A DNA stretch of 64,000 bases from an uncultured Verrucomicrobiales bacterium (lineage in GTDB: Bacteria > Verrucomicrobiota > Verrucomicrobiia > Verrucomicrobiales > DEV007), in contig CALCPI010000268.1 in assembly GCA_937897075.1 (NCBI GenBank), positions 2,521 to 66,520 of the forward strand, given 5' to 3'. Under the pieces are notes generated by a model. It ran no database searches, was not told the DNA's origin, and saw only the letters and a list, made by a program, of their open reading frames with translations. Position numbers and translations under genes: made by a program. Below, in pieces: positions 55,250-64,000 of the stretch. Numbering within the stretch: the first letter of the stretch is position 1; every line of letters begins with the position of its first letter.

Positions 55250-56325
55250 ACTCACTCCCAAAAATACTCGTTCTCGGAGCCGGAGGTTTTATCGGAGTGA
55301 ACCTGACCGAACGCCTTCTCGCAGATGGGAAGTATGCTGTCACGGCCCTGGACCTGGACGGAGAGAAACTCCGCGATCAAATAGGCCACGACAGGCTCGA
55401 TTTCCGGCAGGAGGACATCCGCCACCGTGACGAGTCACTTGAGACTCTTGTGAGCGACCACGACATCATTGTTGATCTTGTGGCGATGGCGAACCCGAGT
55501 CTTTATCTTTCACACCCGCTGGAGGTCTTTCATCTCAATTTTCAGGAGAATCTCCGCATCGTTGAATACTGCGTAAAACATCGGCGCCGTCTCGTCCAGT
55601 TTTCCACCTGTGAAGTTTATGGGAGAACGGTCGCCGGAGTTCTCGGAAAAGATCCCGCCGAGATGCCGTTTCCTTTTCAGGAAGATACTTCGCCTCTTAT
55701 CATGGGCCCGGTCAAAAACCACCGCTGGATTTATGCGTGTGCGAAGCAACTTCTCGAACGTGTCCTCCATGCCTATGGCCTTGAGGATGCGCTTGATTAC
55801 ACGATCATTCGCCCCTTCAATTTCATTGGCCCTCGTATCGATTACCTTCCCAGCGAGAAGGCGGGCAACCCGAGAGTCTTCTCTCACTTCATGAACGCGC
55901 TCCTGTATGGCACTCCGATGCAACTGGTCGACGGCGGACGAAGCTACCGCGCCTACACTCACATCGATGACGCTGTCGACTGCATCGTTCGTATCCTTGA
56001 CAATCCGGGCGGCGTCTGCCAACGCGAAATTTTCAATATCGGCACACCGGAGAACGAGACTACGATCCAGCAATTCGCCGAGATGATGAGGGAGATCTTC
56101 GACGAGGAGTTCCGCCAAGCCGGAGACCCAAATCCCGAGGTTGTCAGTGTGAGTTCCGAGGAGTTCTATGGAAAAGGATACGAAGATTGCGATCGACGTA
56201 TTCCCGACGTCACCAAGGCCCGTGAACTTCTCGGGTGGGAGTCGAAGCACGATCTCCGTTCGGTCATTTTCCAGACGATGAAATACTTCGTGGATCGTCA
56301 CCGCGCCGGCCAGGAAGCGGAGTAG
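55246..56325 (+). CDS. NAD-dependent UDP-glucuronate decarboxylase, UDP-apiose/UDP-xylose synthase (AXS/UAS)-like
   Basis: GAGGFIG, FSTCEVYG, RWIYACAKQLLER, RPFNFIGPRID and VSSEEFYGKGYEDCDRRIPD. No ArnA formyltransferase domain. ATGA overlap with the GT2 gene. Confidence 0.7.
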   Translation: MNSLPKILVLGAGGFIGVNLTERLLADGKYAVTALDLDGEKLRDQIGHDRLDFRQEDIRHRDESLETLVSDHDIIVDLVAMANPSLYLSHPLEVFHLNFQENLRIVEYCVKHRRRLVQFSTCEVYGRTVAGVLGKDPAEMPFPFQEDTSPLIMGPVKNHRWIYACAKQLLERVLHAYGLEDALDYTIIRPFNFIGPRIDYLPSEKAGNPRVFSHFMNALLYGTPMQLVDGGRSYRAYTHIDDAVDCIVRILDNPGGVCQREIFNIGTPENETTIQQFAEMMREIFDEEFRQAGDPNPEVVSVSSEEFYGKGYEDCDRRIPDVTKARELLGWESKHDLRSVIFQTMKYFVDRHRAGQEAE

Positions 56326-56368
56326 CGCATCTCATTGCAAAACTGAAACCTTCCCCACCCAGGCGCAT

Positions 56369-57613
56369 CTACTGACGGATGTGAACAAAGGCTCCGCGCT
56401 TGTTCCCAACAGCTACATCCGGCTTCCCGTCGCCGTTCAGATCGCCCACGGTGAACTGGGTTCCGACTCCGGAGTCGTTGTCGATAAGGTGTGGCACGTA
56501 GTTGGCGGAGTCACCTTCGCGCTTCAACTCAAACCACCACAGTACGGCGGGTGCATTGGGTTCGGGATCGCCAGCGTTCCCGTGGGCCCAAAAGCGTTTG
56601 CCGGTGATGATATCCAGCACTCCGTCGTCGTTCATGTCCGCCATTTCAATTGCATGCGGCTGGGAGAAAATGATACCTGTCTGTCCCTTGGCTTCGGGCG
56701 TGCCGGTGATGAGGTGTTGCTTCCACCCATCGGCAGTTTGCTCCATCCAGGCCAGGCCATAGCCGTGGCCTGCGAGACTCGTGATCACGTCAGGACTTCC
56801 ATCAGCGTTGACGTCGTAGACGTACATCTGGGCGCCACCTTTGCCGAAGGGCGCAGCATGTTTTTCCCAAGGTCCCTTGCCATCGAGCACTGCGGGTTGC
56901 TCCCACCAGCCGGATGCCTCGAGAATGTCGGTCTTTCCGTCCCCGTTCACGTCGCCGAATCCGATTCCATGAGTGAAGCGCTGGAACGCAAGTTTCGGAG
57001 AGATCTTGTGCCAGGCCCACTTTTCGGCCGGTTTTTTTGAATCATAAGTAGCATAGCCGAGATGCCCACCACTCATACAAAGCAGGTCGGGATTTCCGTC
57101 ACCGTCAATGTCGGCAAACATGGGCGACTCGCTATCCGTCACGTCGAAGGCGATGTGCTTTGGCCAGGGTCCCTCTTTGCCCTGAGGGTTTTCATACCAG
57201 AGAGTCTCTTTGCCGGGAAAGCCCATCACGATATAATCCGTCCAGCCGTCTCCGTTGATATCGTGGGCGGCATTGAGGAAATTATCGCTGTATCCGTTCT
57301 TCACGCTCTTGGCACCGTGGAATCCTTCGATCTCAAGCTCGCTGCCGTCCTTCAGCTTCGCCATGGTGCGGGTCGTGTCAGGATAGATGTTTTGGCTCTT
57401 GGTGAAATCCGGTCCGGCGAACCAATAAGGGCCGTAAATCACGTCCATGTGGCCATCCTTATTCGCGTCAAGTATGGCAGCACCCTCGGCCCAGAAATTC
57501 TCATGGAGGTGCTGCTTTTTCCAGGAGCCGTCCAGAGGCGGCGGCGGTGTGGATTGCGCAAGGATGAGACTTGGTGCGAAGGCGAGGAAAAGTAGAGTAG
57601 CAAGAATCTTCAT
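56369..57613 (-). CDS. Secreted FG-GAP/VCBS-repeat 7-bladed beta-propeller protein
   Basis: Signal peptide from ATG 57613 (MKILATLLFL). Seven D.[ND].DG..D.. calcium-blade motifs. The ORF-track extension to 57982 overlaps the opposite-strand gene. Confidence 0.88.
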   Translation of the reverse strand: MKILATLLFLAFAPSLILAQSTPPPPLDGSWKKQHLHENFWAEGAAILDANKDGHMDVIYGPYWFAGPDFTKSQNIYPDTTRTMAKLKDGSELEIEGFHGAKSVKNGYSDNFLNAAHDINGDGWTDYIVMGFPGKETLWYENPQGKEGPWPKHIAFDVTDSESPMFADIDGDGNPDLLCMSGGHLGYATYDSKKPAEKWAWHKISPKLAFQRFTHGIGFGDVNGDGKTDILEASGWWEQPAVLDGKGPWEKHAAPFGKGGAQMYVYDVNADGSPDVITSLAGHGYGLAWMEQTADGWKQHLITGTPEAKGQTGIIFSQPHAIEMADMNDDGVLDIITGKRFWAHGNAGDPEPNAPAVLWWFELKREGDSANYVPHLIDNDSGVGTQFTVGDLNGDGKPDVAVGNKRGAFVHIRQ

Positions 57614-57841
57614 GTAGTTGACTGAAATTCTACAGCATCGGTGGGCCTGGCGGAGTAATTTCTCCGGCCCATTCAAGCCAGATGAGCGGAAGAAATCGAG
57701 GGAGAGTTGGATGCTCCCGAAAGCTCCGCAAATGCGAGTATTGAAAACATGCGACTCGAGAGGACCATTGGTGTTAAAAATAGCAATCCACTCATCTGCG
57801 AGTTCGCTTGCCAGAGTATCGAAGCAAAAATAAACTACCGC

Positions 57842-59098
57842 ATGACATTTTCCATTCCTCCTAAGAGCCTCCCCATTCTCATCACCTCGATCGCTCTCGC
57901 AATATCCTGCACTTCCGCCCGGGCGGACAACTGGGGCCATTGGCGAGGTGACAATGGCAATGGAGTTTCTCTCACGGCCCAACCACCCACCGAATGGAGT
58001 GCGACGAAGAATGTAAAGTGGAAGGTGGAAGTTCCCGGACGCAGTTCCGGCTCCCCTGTGATCTGGGGGGATCAGGTCTTCGTGGTTTCTGCAGTGGGAA
58101 GTGGCAATCGTGAATTCAAGCTATTCTGTTTTGAACGAAAGACGGGCGCTTTGCGATGGGAGAAAGCTGCCGTGACGGCGACTCCTCATGAAGGAACGCA
58201 TAGCACGAACGGGTTTGCCTCGGCCTCGCCCTGCACGGACGGAGAGCACGTTTATGTTCACTTTGGATCCCGAGGCCTCCATTGCTTCACGCTGGATGGA
58301 GAACTAAAATGGAGTCGGGACTTTGGAAAGATGGAGACGAGAAATTCCTTCGGAGAAGGCAGCTCACCGACTCTAGTCGACGACAAGATCCTCGTGCCGT
58401 GGGATCACGAAGGGCAGTCTTCGCTTCATGCACTCAACAAGAGCACAGGTGAGACAATTTGGAAAACCGATCGCGACGAGCCGTCCTGCTGGGCGACTCC
58501 TTTGATCGTCGAATCAGGCGGGAAAAAACAGGTCATTATGAACGGTGAAAACCGGGCCCGGTCTTACAGTCTCGAAACCGGCGAAGAGATCTGGAGCTGC
58601 GGAGGGCAAACGCAACGCCCCGTTGCCTCCCCCGTTTTTGCAAATGATATAGTCTACATCGGAAGCGGCTTTCGAGGGTCTTTCCTCGGCGCGTTTCGAC
58701 TGGATGGAAAAGGCGACATCGCGGGGACCGACAAGATTGTCTGGTCCGTGGATCGTGATACACCGGATATCGCTTCGCCTCTCCTCTCCAATAATCGAAT
58801 TTACTTCCACAAAGCAAAGACCGGGATCCTGAGCTGCCTTGACGCCACTACCGGGAAGCTGCTATTCGGTCCCGAGCGAATTTCGGAAATCTCAAACACC
58901 TACGCCTCACCCGTCGCGGCCGGAGGTCACGTTTACATCACAGGGCGAAGCGGAAACACGACGGTGATCAAAGACGCAGCGACACTTGAAGTGGTGTCCA
59001 CCAACTCCCTTGGAGAAACTATCGACGCCACGCCTGCCCCGGTTGATAAGGAGCTGTTCATTCGGGGAGAGAAACATCTGTTCTGTATTTCCGAGTAG
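57842..59098 (+). CDS. PQQ-like repeat (BamB-like) beta-propeller protein
   Basis: Signal peptide from ATG 57842, WGHWRG..G.G, SSPVIWG..VF, ASPC.DG..VY and repeated G...W motifs. Confidence 0.88.
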   Translation: MTFSIPPKSLPILITSIALAISCTSARADNWGHWRGDNGNGVSLTAQPPTEWSATKNVKWKVEVPGRSSGSPVIWGDQVFVVSAVGSGNREFKLFCFERKTGALRWEKAAVTATPHEGTHSTNGFASASPCTDGEHVYVHFGSRGLHCFTLDGELKWSRDFGKMETRNSFGEGSSPTLVDDKILVPWDHEGQSSLHALNKSTGETIWKTDRDEPSCWATPLIVESGGKKQVIMNGENRARSYSLETGEEIWSCGGQTQRPVASPVFANDIVYIGSGFRGSFLGAFRLDGKGDIAGTDKIVWSVDRDTPDIASPLLSNNRIYFHKAKTGILSCLDATTGKLLFGPERISEISNTYASPVAAGGHVYITGRSGNTTVIKDAATLEVVSTNSLGETIDATPAPVDKELFIRGEKHLFCISE

Positions 59099-59192
59099 GC
59101 CTTTCCCTCTCCAGTGAATGGATCTGTTGGAAGATCGCTAGTTCGTCATGCCCTGCCCACCTGATTTCTTTAACAGGATTTAGCTTCCCTGA

Positions 59193-60713
59193 TCACTTCT
59201 CGTAGTCCGCTCCCGTGAGACTCTTGAGCACGGACAGTTGCCAGGCGCGGAGATCTGTCTGCATCGATTTGACGATGGCAGGTTCCTTCTCAGCAAGGTC
59301 GGTCTCTTCGGCGGGATCGGCTTGAAGATCGAAAAGCTCCACTTTCGTAGCATCCTCCCCTTTTCCGTCGTGAAGAACGAGTTTGTAGCGATTGCCCAAC
59401 ATCACCCGGGGACCGTGGTAGTCGGTCTCCAGGATTTCCGGATGATGAACATTCCGGAAGTTTCGTGTCGCTATTCCTTTGCTCAATTTCACCAGGGGAG
59501 TCGTGCCCTCCTGCCATTTTTCCTCTATCCAGGGAATCGACTTCACACCGGGTTTCTTCTTCGATAGAAAGTTCCAGAAGAAGATGGGTTCGGGACGCTG
59601 GTCGAGATTTCCATCGATCAGCGGGACGAGGTTGATCCCGTCAAGCGGGCGACTATCAGGAACGGGTGTTTTGGCCAGGGCGCAAAGCGTCGGGAGCATG
59701 TCGCTGGTGACAGCATTGGTTTCACTCACACGCGGCTCGAAAATGCGAGCGGGCCATTCGATCACGGCGGGAACACGGGTTCCGCCTTCGTAGACCTGTC
59801 CCTTCAAGCCTCGCAAAGGCGAGGCCAGTGCACCGCTGGGTGGTGTGCCGTTGTCACCGCAATACCAAACGAGAGTGTTGTCATGCAGTCCATTGGTTTT
59901 GAGAAATTTCCGCAAGGTTCCTATGGATCTATCCATTGCCGTGATTTCAGCATAACGCTCGCGCAGGACTTCTCCGAGCGGACGCTTGACTCGAAGCCCT
60001 GTTTCGTTGGAAGTCAGGCTGACGGGAGCGCGGTCGGCATACTTTTTTGGGAGACCGTCGTAGAGTGCGAGGTCTTCGGGCAAACCACTGTAGGGTTCGT
60101 GAGGTGAGCCAAACCAAACCACGGCGAAGAACGGCTGCTCCCGGGTTCCCGCCTTTTCGATGAAGTCGATAGTCTCTTCGATAACGACAGCCGAGCTCTC
60201 ACCCTTATGGATCACGGGTGGACCACCATTGGTCGAAAGCGGTGGGTCGAGCTCAAAGAAGTTGTCATGCGACACCCATTCATCGAATCCCATGGCGCCG
60301 GGGTTGGTCGGTGATCCGGCTTTGACCGTGCCGACATGCCATTTCCCGAAATGTCCGCGCCGGTAGCCGGCCTTTCCCAGTAGATGAGCGACGCTGACTT
60401 CCTCGGGACGCAAGGAGTAACCGGGTGCGAAGGTTCCGTAGCGATTCGGGTGACGCCCCGTGAGAACGCTACCACGAGTGGGCGAACAGGAAGGGTGCGC
60501 CGCATAGAAACGATCGAGACGCAGTCCATTCGCTGCCATCTCATCGAGCACGGGAGTCTTCAGATCCGGGTGACCGTTGTAACCGGTCTCCTCCCATCCA
60601 TGGTCATCCCCCATCAGCAGGATGATATTTGGATGCTTGCTATCAGCATCAGCCTGGAGTGGTGACAGAGCTGCTGCTATCAAGACGAACCATAGTACTG
60701 CGTTTTTCATCAT
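59193..60713 (-). CDS. Sulfatase (arylsulfatase-like)
   Basis: Signal peptide, LMGDDHG, CSPTRGSVLTG, GKWHVG, GDNG, RGLKG.VYEGG.RVP and ELFDL..DP.E. Confidence 0.95.
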   Translation of the reverse strand: MMKNAVLWFVLIAAALSPLQADADSKHPNIILLMGDDHGWEETGYNGHPDLKTPVLDEMAANGLRLDRFYAAHPSCSPTRGSVLTGRHPNRYGTFAPGYSLRPEEVSVAHLLGKAGYRRGHFGKWHVGTVKAGSPTNPGAMGFDEWVSHDNFFELDPPLSTNGGPPVIHKGESSAVVIEETIDFIEKAGTREQPFFAVVWFGSPHEPYSGLPEDLALYDGLPKKYADRAPVSLTSNETGLRVKRPLGEVLRERYAEITAMDRSIGTLRKFLKTNGLHDNTLVWYCGDNGTPPSGALASPLRGLKGQVYEGGTRVPAVIEWPARIFEPRVSETNAVTSDMLPTLCALAKTPVPDSRPLDGINLVPLIDGNLDQRPEPIFFWNFLSKKKPGVKSIPWIEEKWQEGTTPLVKLSKGIATRNFRNVHHPEILETDYHGPRVMLGNRYKLVLHDGKGEDATKVELFDLQADPAEETDLAEKEPAIVKSMQTDLRAWQLSVLKSLTGADYEK

Positions 60714-60769
60714 AAGACTTTCGGATATAGAAGCTTTTGCCTGTAGAACACTGAATCAAAGTCATTACC

Positions 60770-62185
60770 TCAAGACAAAATGTCGTGAACCACATGTCCG
60801 TGCACATCTGTCAGCCGGCGATCGATTCCGTTCTGGCGAAAAGTCAGTCGAGTGTGGTCGATTCCTAAAAGGTGCAGAACAGTGGCGTGGAAATCGTAGC
60901 AGTAGGTTTCCCCTTCGGCAGTTTTGTAACCCCATTCATCGCTCTGACCATAGGCGACGCCCGCTTTTACGCCAGCTCCGGCCATCCACGTGACGAAGGT
61001 TCCGCCGTTGTGATCTCTCCCATCGCCTCCTTGAGCAAACGGAGTGCGGCCGAATTCAGTGGTCCAGATTAGAAGTGTGTCTTCGAGCAAGCCTCGTGAT
61101 TTCAGATCGCCAATGAGCGCTCCAATTGGCTGGTCCACACTCGCAGCAATGGGCGGGAGCTCTTTCGAAATGCTGCCGTGGTTATCCCAATTTTCCTTGG
61201 CTCCCTGCGGGCCACTCCAAACTTGAACGAAACGAGTGCCGCGTTCAATAAGCCGTCTAGCAAGCAGACAACGGCGTCCAAAATCATCCGTGACTTTTTG
61301 ATCCAGACCGTAGGCATCCCGGGTAATCTTGCTTTCCTTATTGAGATCAAAAGCTTCCGGCGCGGACAACTGCATTTTCGCGGCCAGCTCGTAGGAACGA
61401 ATCCGTGCATCCAGCCGGGTGTCATCCGGTCTTTCGGCCGCGTGGGACTGATTGATCTGCTTCAAGAGATCGAGTCCCTGGCGATCCGCTTCTTTCGTGG
61501 CGAAGCCAAACCGGTCGCCGGCAAACAGGTCCGGCACCGGATTGGGCGAACCCGCATCAATGACCGTTCCCTGATGAATCGCGGGGAGAAATCCGGACGA
61601 GAACGGACCACGCTGATTGTAGGGAAGCCCTTTGCCATCCGGCAAGACCACAAAGGTCGGCAAATTGTCGGAGAGATTCCCCAGCCCATAGGAAATCCAG
61701 GCGCCCATGCAGGGAAAGCCGGGAAGAATGAATCCGGAATTCATCATGTAGGTCCCCGGCCCGTGGACGTTCGTCTTCGAAGTCATCGCCATGAGAAAGG
61801 CCATCTCGTCGACCCATTTCGCCTGATGGGGAAACACGCTACTGACCCAGCGCCCGCTTTCTCCGTGTTGTTTGAATTCGAACGGGCTCTTCAACATGGC
61901 CCCCGGCATGGCAGTAAAACCTTCGGGCTTTTCTTTTGGCCCCAGTTTCTGCCCGTGCACTTTTTCCAGCTCCGGCTTGTAGTCGAAAGTGTCCATGGGG
62001 CTGGCCCCACCCGTCATGAACAATTGAATGACGCGCTTTGCTTTCGGAGCATGATGAAGCCCGCCATTGATCGCTGCACCGGAAGCTTCGCCTGCCAGTA
62101 AATGGCTCATCGCGATTCCCCCGAGTCCTCCTCCGGATTTCCAGAGAAAATCTCGACGACTTCCGGTTGAAATCAGAGAACTCAT
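60770..62185 (-). CDS. DUF1501 domain protein (Tat-type signal)
   Basis: SRRDFL, AKRVIQLFM.GGAS..DTFDYKP, WDNH, EFGRTP, GRDHN and RLTDVHG. Confidence 0.93.
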   Translation of the reverse strand: MSSLISTGSRRDFLWKSGGGLGGIAMSHLLAGEASGAAINGGLHHAPKAKRVIQLFMTGGASPMDTFDYKPELEKVHGQKLGPKEKPEGFTAMPGAMLKSPFEFKQHGESGRWVSSVFPHQAKWVDEMAFLMAMTSKTNVHGPGTYMMNSGFILPGFPCMGAWISYGLGNLSDNLPTFVVLPDGKGLPYNQRGPFSSGFLPAIHQGTVIDAGSPNPVPDLFAGDRFGFATKEADRQGLDLLKQINQSHAAERPDDTRLDARIRSYELAAKMQLSAPEAFDLNKESKITRDAYGLDQKVTDDFGRRCLLARRLIERGTRFVQVWSGPQGAKENWDNHGSISKELPPIAASVDQPIGALIGDLKSRGLLEDTLLIWTTEFGRTPFAQGGDGRDHNGGTFVTWMAGAGVKAGVAYGQSDEWGYKTAEGETYCYDFHATVLHLLGIDHTRLTFRQNGIDRRLTDVHGHVVHDILS

Positions 62186-62186
62186 C

Positions 62187-62984
62187 TCACCGGTTCTTCA
62201 GTTCCTTATCGAGCAGGCCATTGTAAATTTTTTGGCGCTCCTTCATTCCTAATCCACGGTTCCGGTATTCATACATTTTCACGTTTACCTTTTCCCGTTG
62301 CTTGCCCGACAGCTTTGAAGCCTTGGAAACTACCTCCGGCGGGATGGTTTCATTATCCCCGTATCCGTCTGCACCAAAACCCGCTTTGATATTGCCAACC
62401 GCGTTGCGGGCATCCTTCAATTGATCGGGCGTCAGAACCCTTGGATCCGGTCCTCCGTGTGGCCCTTTACCACCTCCTGCGGTTCCATTTCCGATCCTGG
62501 AGGAAACGACAACGCCCCTGGTTCCCCCTTTTACGATCGGCGCCTTTTCGTATCGAATCGAAACCACTTCTGCCCCATCCACTTTGATCTTTGCAGTCAG
62601 CGTTTCCACATCAGACGGGTTGCCCTTGATCTCAACCAATTGCCAGCCTTCCTCACTGACCTCGCCCTGAAACAGGGTATAGGATCGACGGGTTTCCAGA
62701 TCGAACATCGTGGCGACTGTTTCTTTTTCTATCCGGGCCATCCCGGTCAGAATGAGAGATTTGTTGATTCTAACGGTGCGCAAAAAAGGTGAACGTTCTT
62801 TGAGTTCGGCGAAACTGTCAGCGGTTATCGGGGCGGGAGAGAAAGTAGCGCGATTATCAGCCGTCGAATTGGAGGCGACATTGGGGCTTAGGTCTGCGTT
62901 TTGTGCTTCCGAAATCACAGGGAAACTCAAAAGACCAATTGCCAGAGTGGAAACCAAAAACAGATACTGAGAAAATACGTTCAC
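62187..62984 (-). CDS. Hypothetical exported protein, weakly GspC/PilP-like
   Basis: 265 aa with a signal peptide; its stop is 1 nt from the DUF1501 ATG. The SPF...L.LTG......VA......S......EGWQLVEI pattern is suggestive only. Confidence 0.7.
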   Translation of the reverse strand: MNVFSQYLFLVSTLAIGLLSFPVISEAQNADLSPNVASNSTADNRATFSPAPITADSFAELKERSPFLRTVRINKSLILTGMARIEKETVATMFDLETRRSYTLFQGEVSEEGWQLVEIKGNPSDVETLTAKIKVDGAEVVSIRYEKAPIVKGGTRGVVVSSRIGNGTAGGGKGPHGGPDPRVLTPDQLKDARNAVGNIKAGFGADGYGDNETIPPEVVSKASKLSGKQREKVNVKMYEYRNRGLGMKERQKIYNGLLDKELKNR

Positions 62985-63057
62985 GACGGTTCAAGTTCCG
63001 TGCGGAAACCTGTTCGGCGAGTGACGGGTTTGCGCGAAGTTATTGGATTTGAAAGTT

Positions 63058-64000
63058 CTAATCAACAAACAAAAATTCGTTACTGTTGAGCAGCAAGCGA
63101 CAAAGAGCAGTCAGCCCATGTGCCTTCGCATACTCGTCAAAGGCAGCCATTTCTGCGTCGGTAGCTCCACGCTGCCAACAGAGCTGAACAGCTCGCTGAA
63201 CCGATCGCTCTTCAGGGACTTCTTTCTCAATACTCTCTGCAAGCCACTCGGAAGCATGAAGCACAAAGTCATTGTTGAAGAGCGATAGCGATTGCAGCGC
63301 CGATACCGAGAAGCTGCGCTTCGGCGGCAGTAAGCCCATGTCAGGGAAATCCAGGGTATCCATGAAGGGATCAGGAATGCCCCGCCAAACGACACGGTAG
63401 ATGCTGCGTCGCCCGGCTGACTCGGTATTCCAATCGAAGGCAGAATAGTTCAGCGCGGGTGTCGACTGCTGCCCTTTGGATTTCGTAAAGTGCTCGATCC
63501 CCGGGCCGCCCATCGTGAGATCCATCCGACCGGACATGCGAAGCGCGGTGTCACGAAATGCCTCGGCGTCCAGGCGTCGCCGGTTCATGCGCCATAGAAA
63601 CCGGTTATCCGCATCAATGGGATTCGACGCCACCTGGCTCGACTGCTGCCAGGTCTTGCTCGTTAGAATCAATTTGTGCAGTTCTTTCAAGGATCCATTT
63701 GCTTCATCGCGAAACCAAACGGCGAGCCAATCCATCAATTCCGGATGAGACGGTTCGCCGCCCATTCGACCGAAATCATTCGGCGTATCGCAGAGGCCAC
63801 TTCCAAAATGAAAGTACCAAACGCGATTCACAATACTTCGCCAGGTGAGCGGATTATTCGGGTGAGCTATCCAATCTGCCAGAGCAGCCCGTCGTGCCGA
63901 TTCCTGTTTCGGATCAGAAAGCTCAAACCGGCCGGGTAATCCCGGGAATACCGAAAGCGCTCCGGGCCCCACTTCGTGAGTTGGCTTATCAATCGAGCCT
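63058..64000 (-). CDS. DUF1553 (PSD1) domain protein, 5'-partial (continues beyond the window)
   Basis: R..LA.WI....NPLT.R.IVNRVW..HFG.G, PSHPEL.DWLA and RRLDAE..RD. The frame stays open to base 64000 (GSIDKPTHEVGPG). Confidence 0.92.
   Translation of the reverse strand, partial: GSIDKPTHEVGPGALSVFPGLPGRFELSDPKQESARRAALADWIAHPNNPLTWRSIVNRVWYFHFGSGLCDTPNDFGRMGGEPSHPELMDWLAVWFRDEANGSLKELHKLILTSKTWQQSSQVASNPIDADNRFLWRMNRRRLDAEAFRDTALRMSGRMDLTMGGPGIEHFTKSKGQQSTPALNYSAFDWNTESAGRRSIYRVVWRGIPDPFMDTLDFPDMGLLPPKRSFSVSALQSLSLFNNDFVLHASEWLAESIEKEVPEERSVQRAVQLCWQRGATDAEMAAFDEYAKAHGLTALCRLLLNSNEFLFVD

Noticed and set aside
55246-56325. arnA / lipid A L-Ara4N modification operon
   Set aside because: No formyltransferase domain and no arnB, arnD or arnT in the window. 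C-terminal motifs fit AXS better, though an ArnA-like product is not excluded.
57614-57982. 123-aa N-terminal extension of the FG-GAP ORF in the track
   Set aside because: It overlaps the opposite-strand PQQ-repeat gene; a clean signal peptide begins at ATG 57613.

Overview
A gene-dense bacterial window (about 43 CDS, two cut by the window edges) typical of the PVC superphylum, most likely a Verrucomicrobiota genome. Most of it encodes exported carbohydrate- and sulfate-processing proteins (three Cys-type sulfatases, several alpha/beta hydrolases, a GH123-like protein) and PVC-type heme-c modules: two DUF1592/DUF1552 pairs, two DUF1553/DUF1501 pairs (one behind an ECF sigma/FecR pair) and a ThuA-NPCBM-heme fusion. 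Four secreted beta-propeller proteins are also present. I saw no rRNA, tRNA, CRISPR array or transposase. Best leads: (1) a secreted protein with an aerolysin/ETX-like amphipathic hairpin, an Ala/Gln stalk and an SH3 domain (47.6-48.9 kb), divergent from a zincin peptidase; (2) a four-gene envelope operon with an ArfA-like multi-BON/OmpA protein, a 1107-aa coiled-coil protein with a degenerate OmpA domain and two small membrane proteins sharing its TM motif (6.9-12.6 kb); (3) a UDP-apiose/xylose-synthase-like enzyme coupled to a DPM1-like GT2, near a TMTC-like GT-C (50-56 kb); (4) an unnamed, strongly basic ~160-aa C-terminal domain shared by two unrelated secreted propeller proteins. All family assignments come from motifs read by eye and reference sequences recalled from memory; no database search was run. 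Several start codons were moved downstream of the ORF-track start where a signal peptide or translational coupling supports it.
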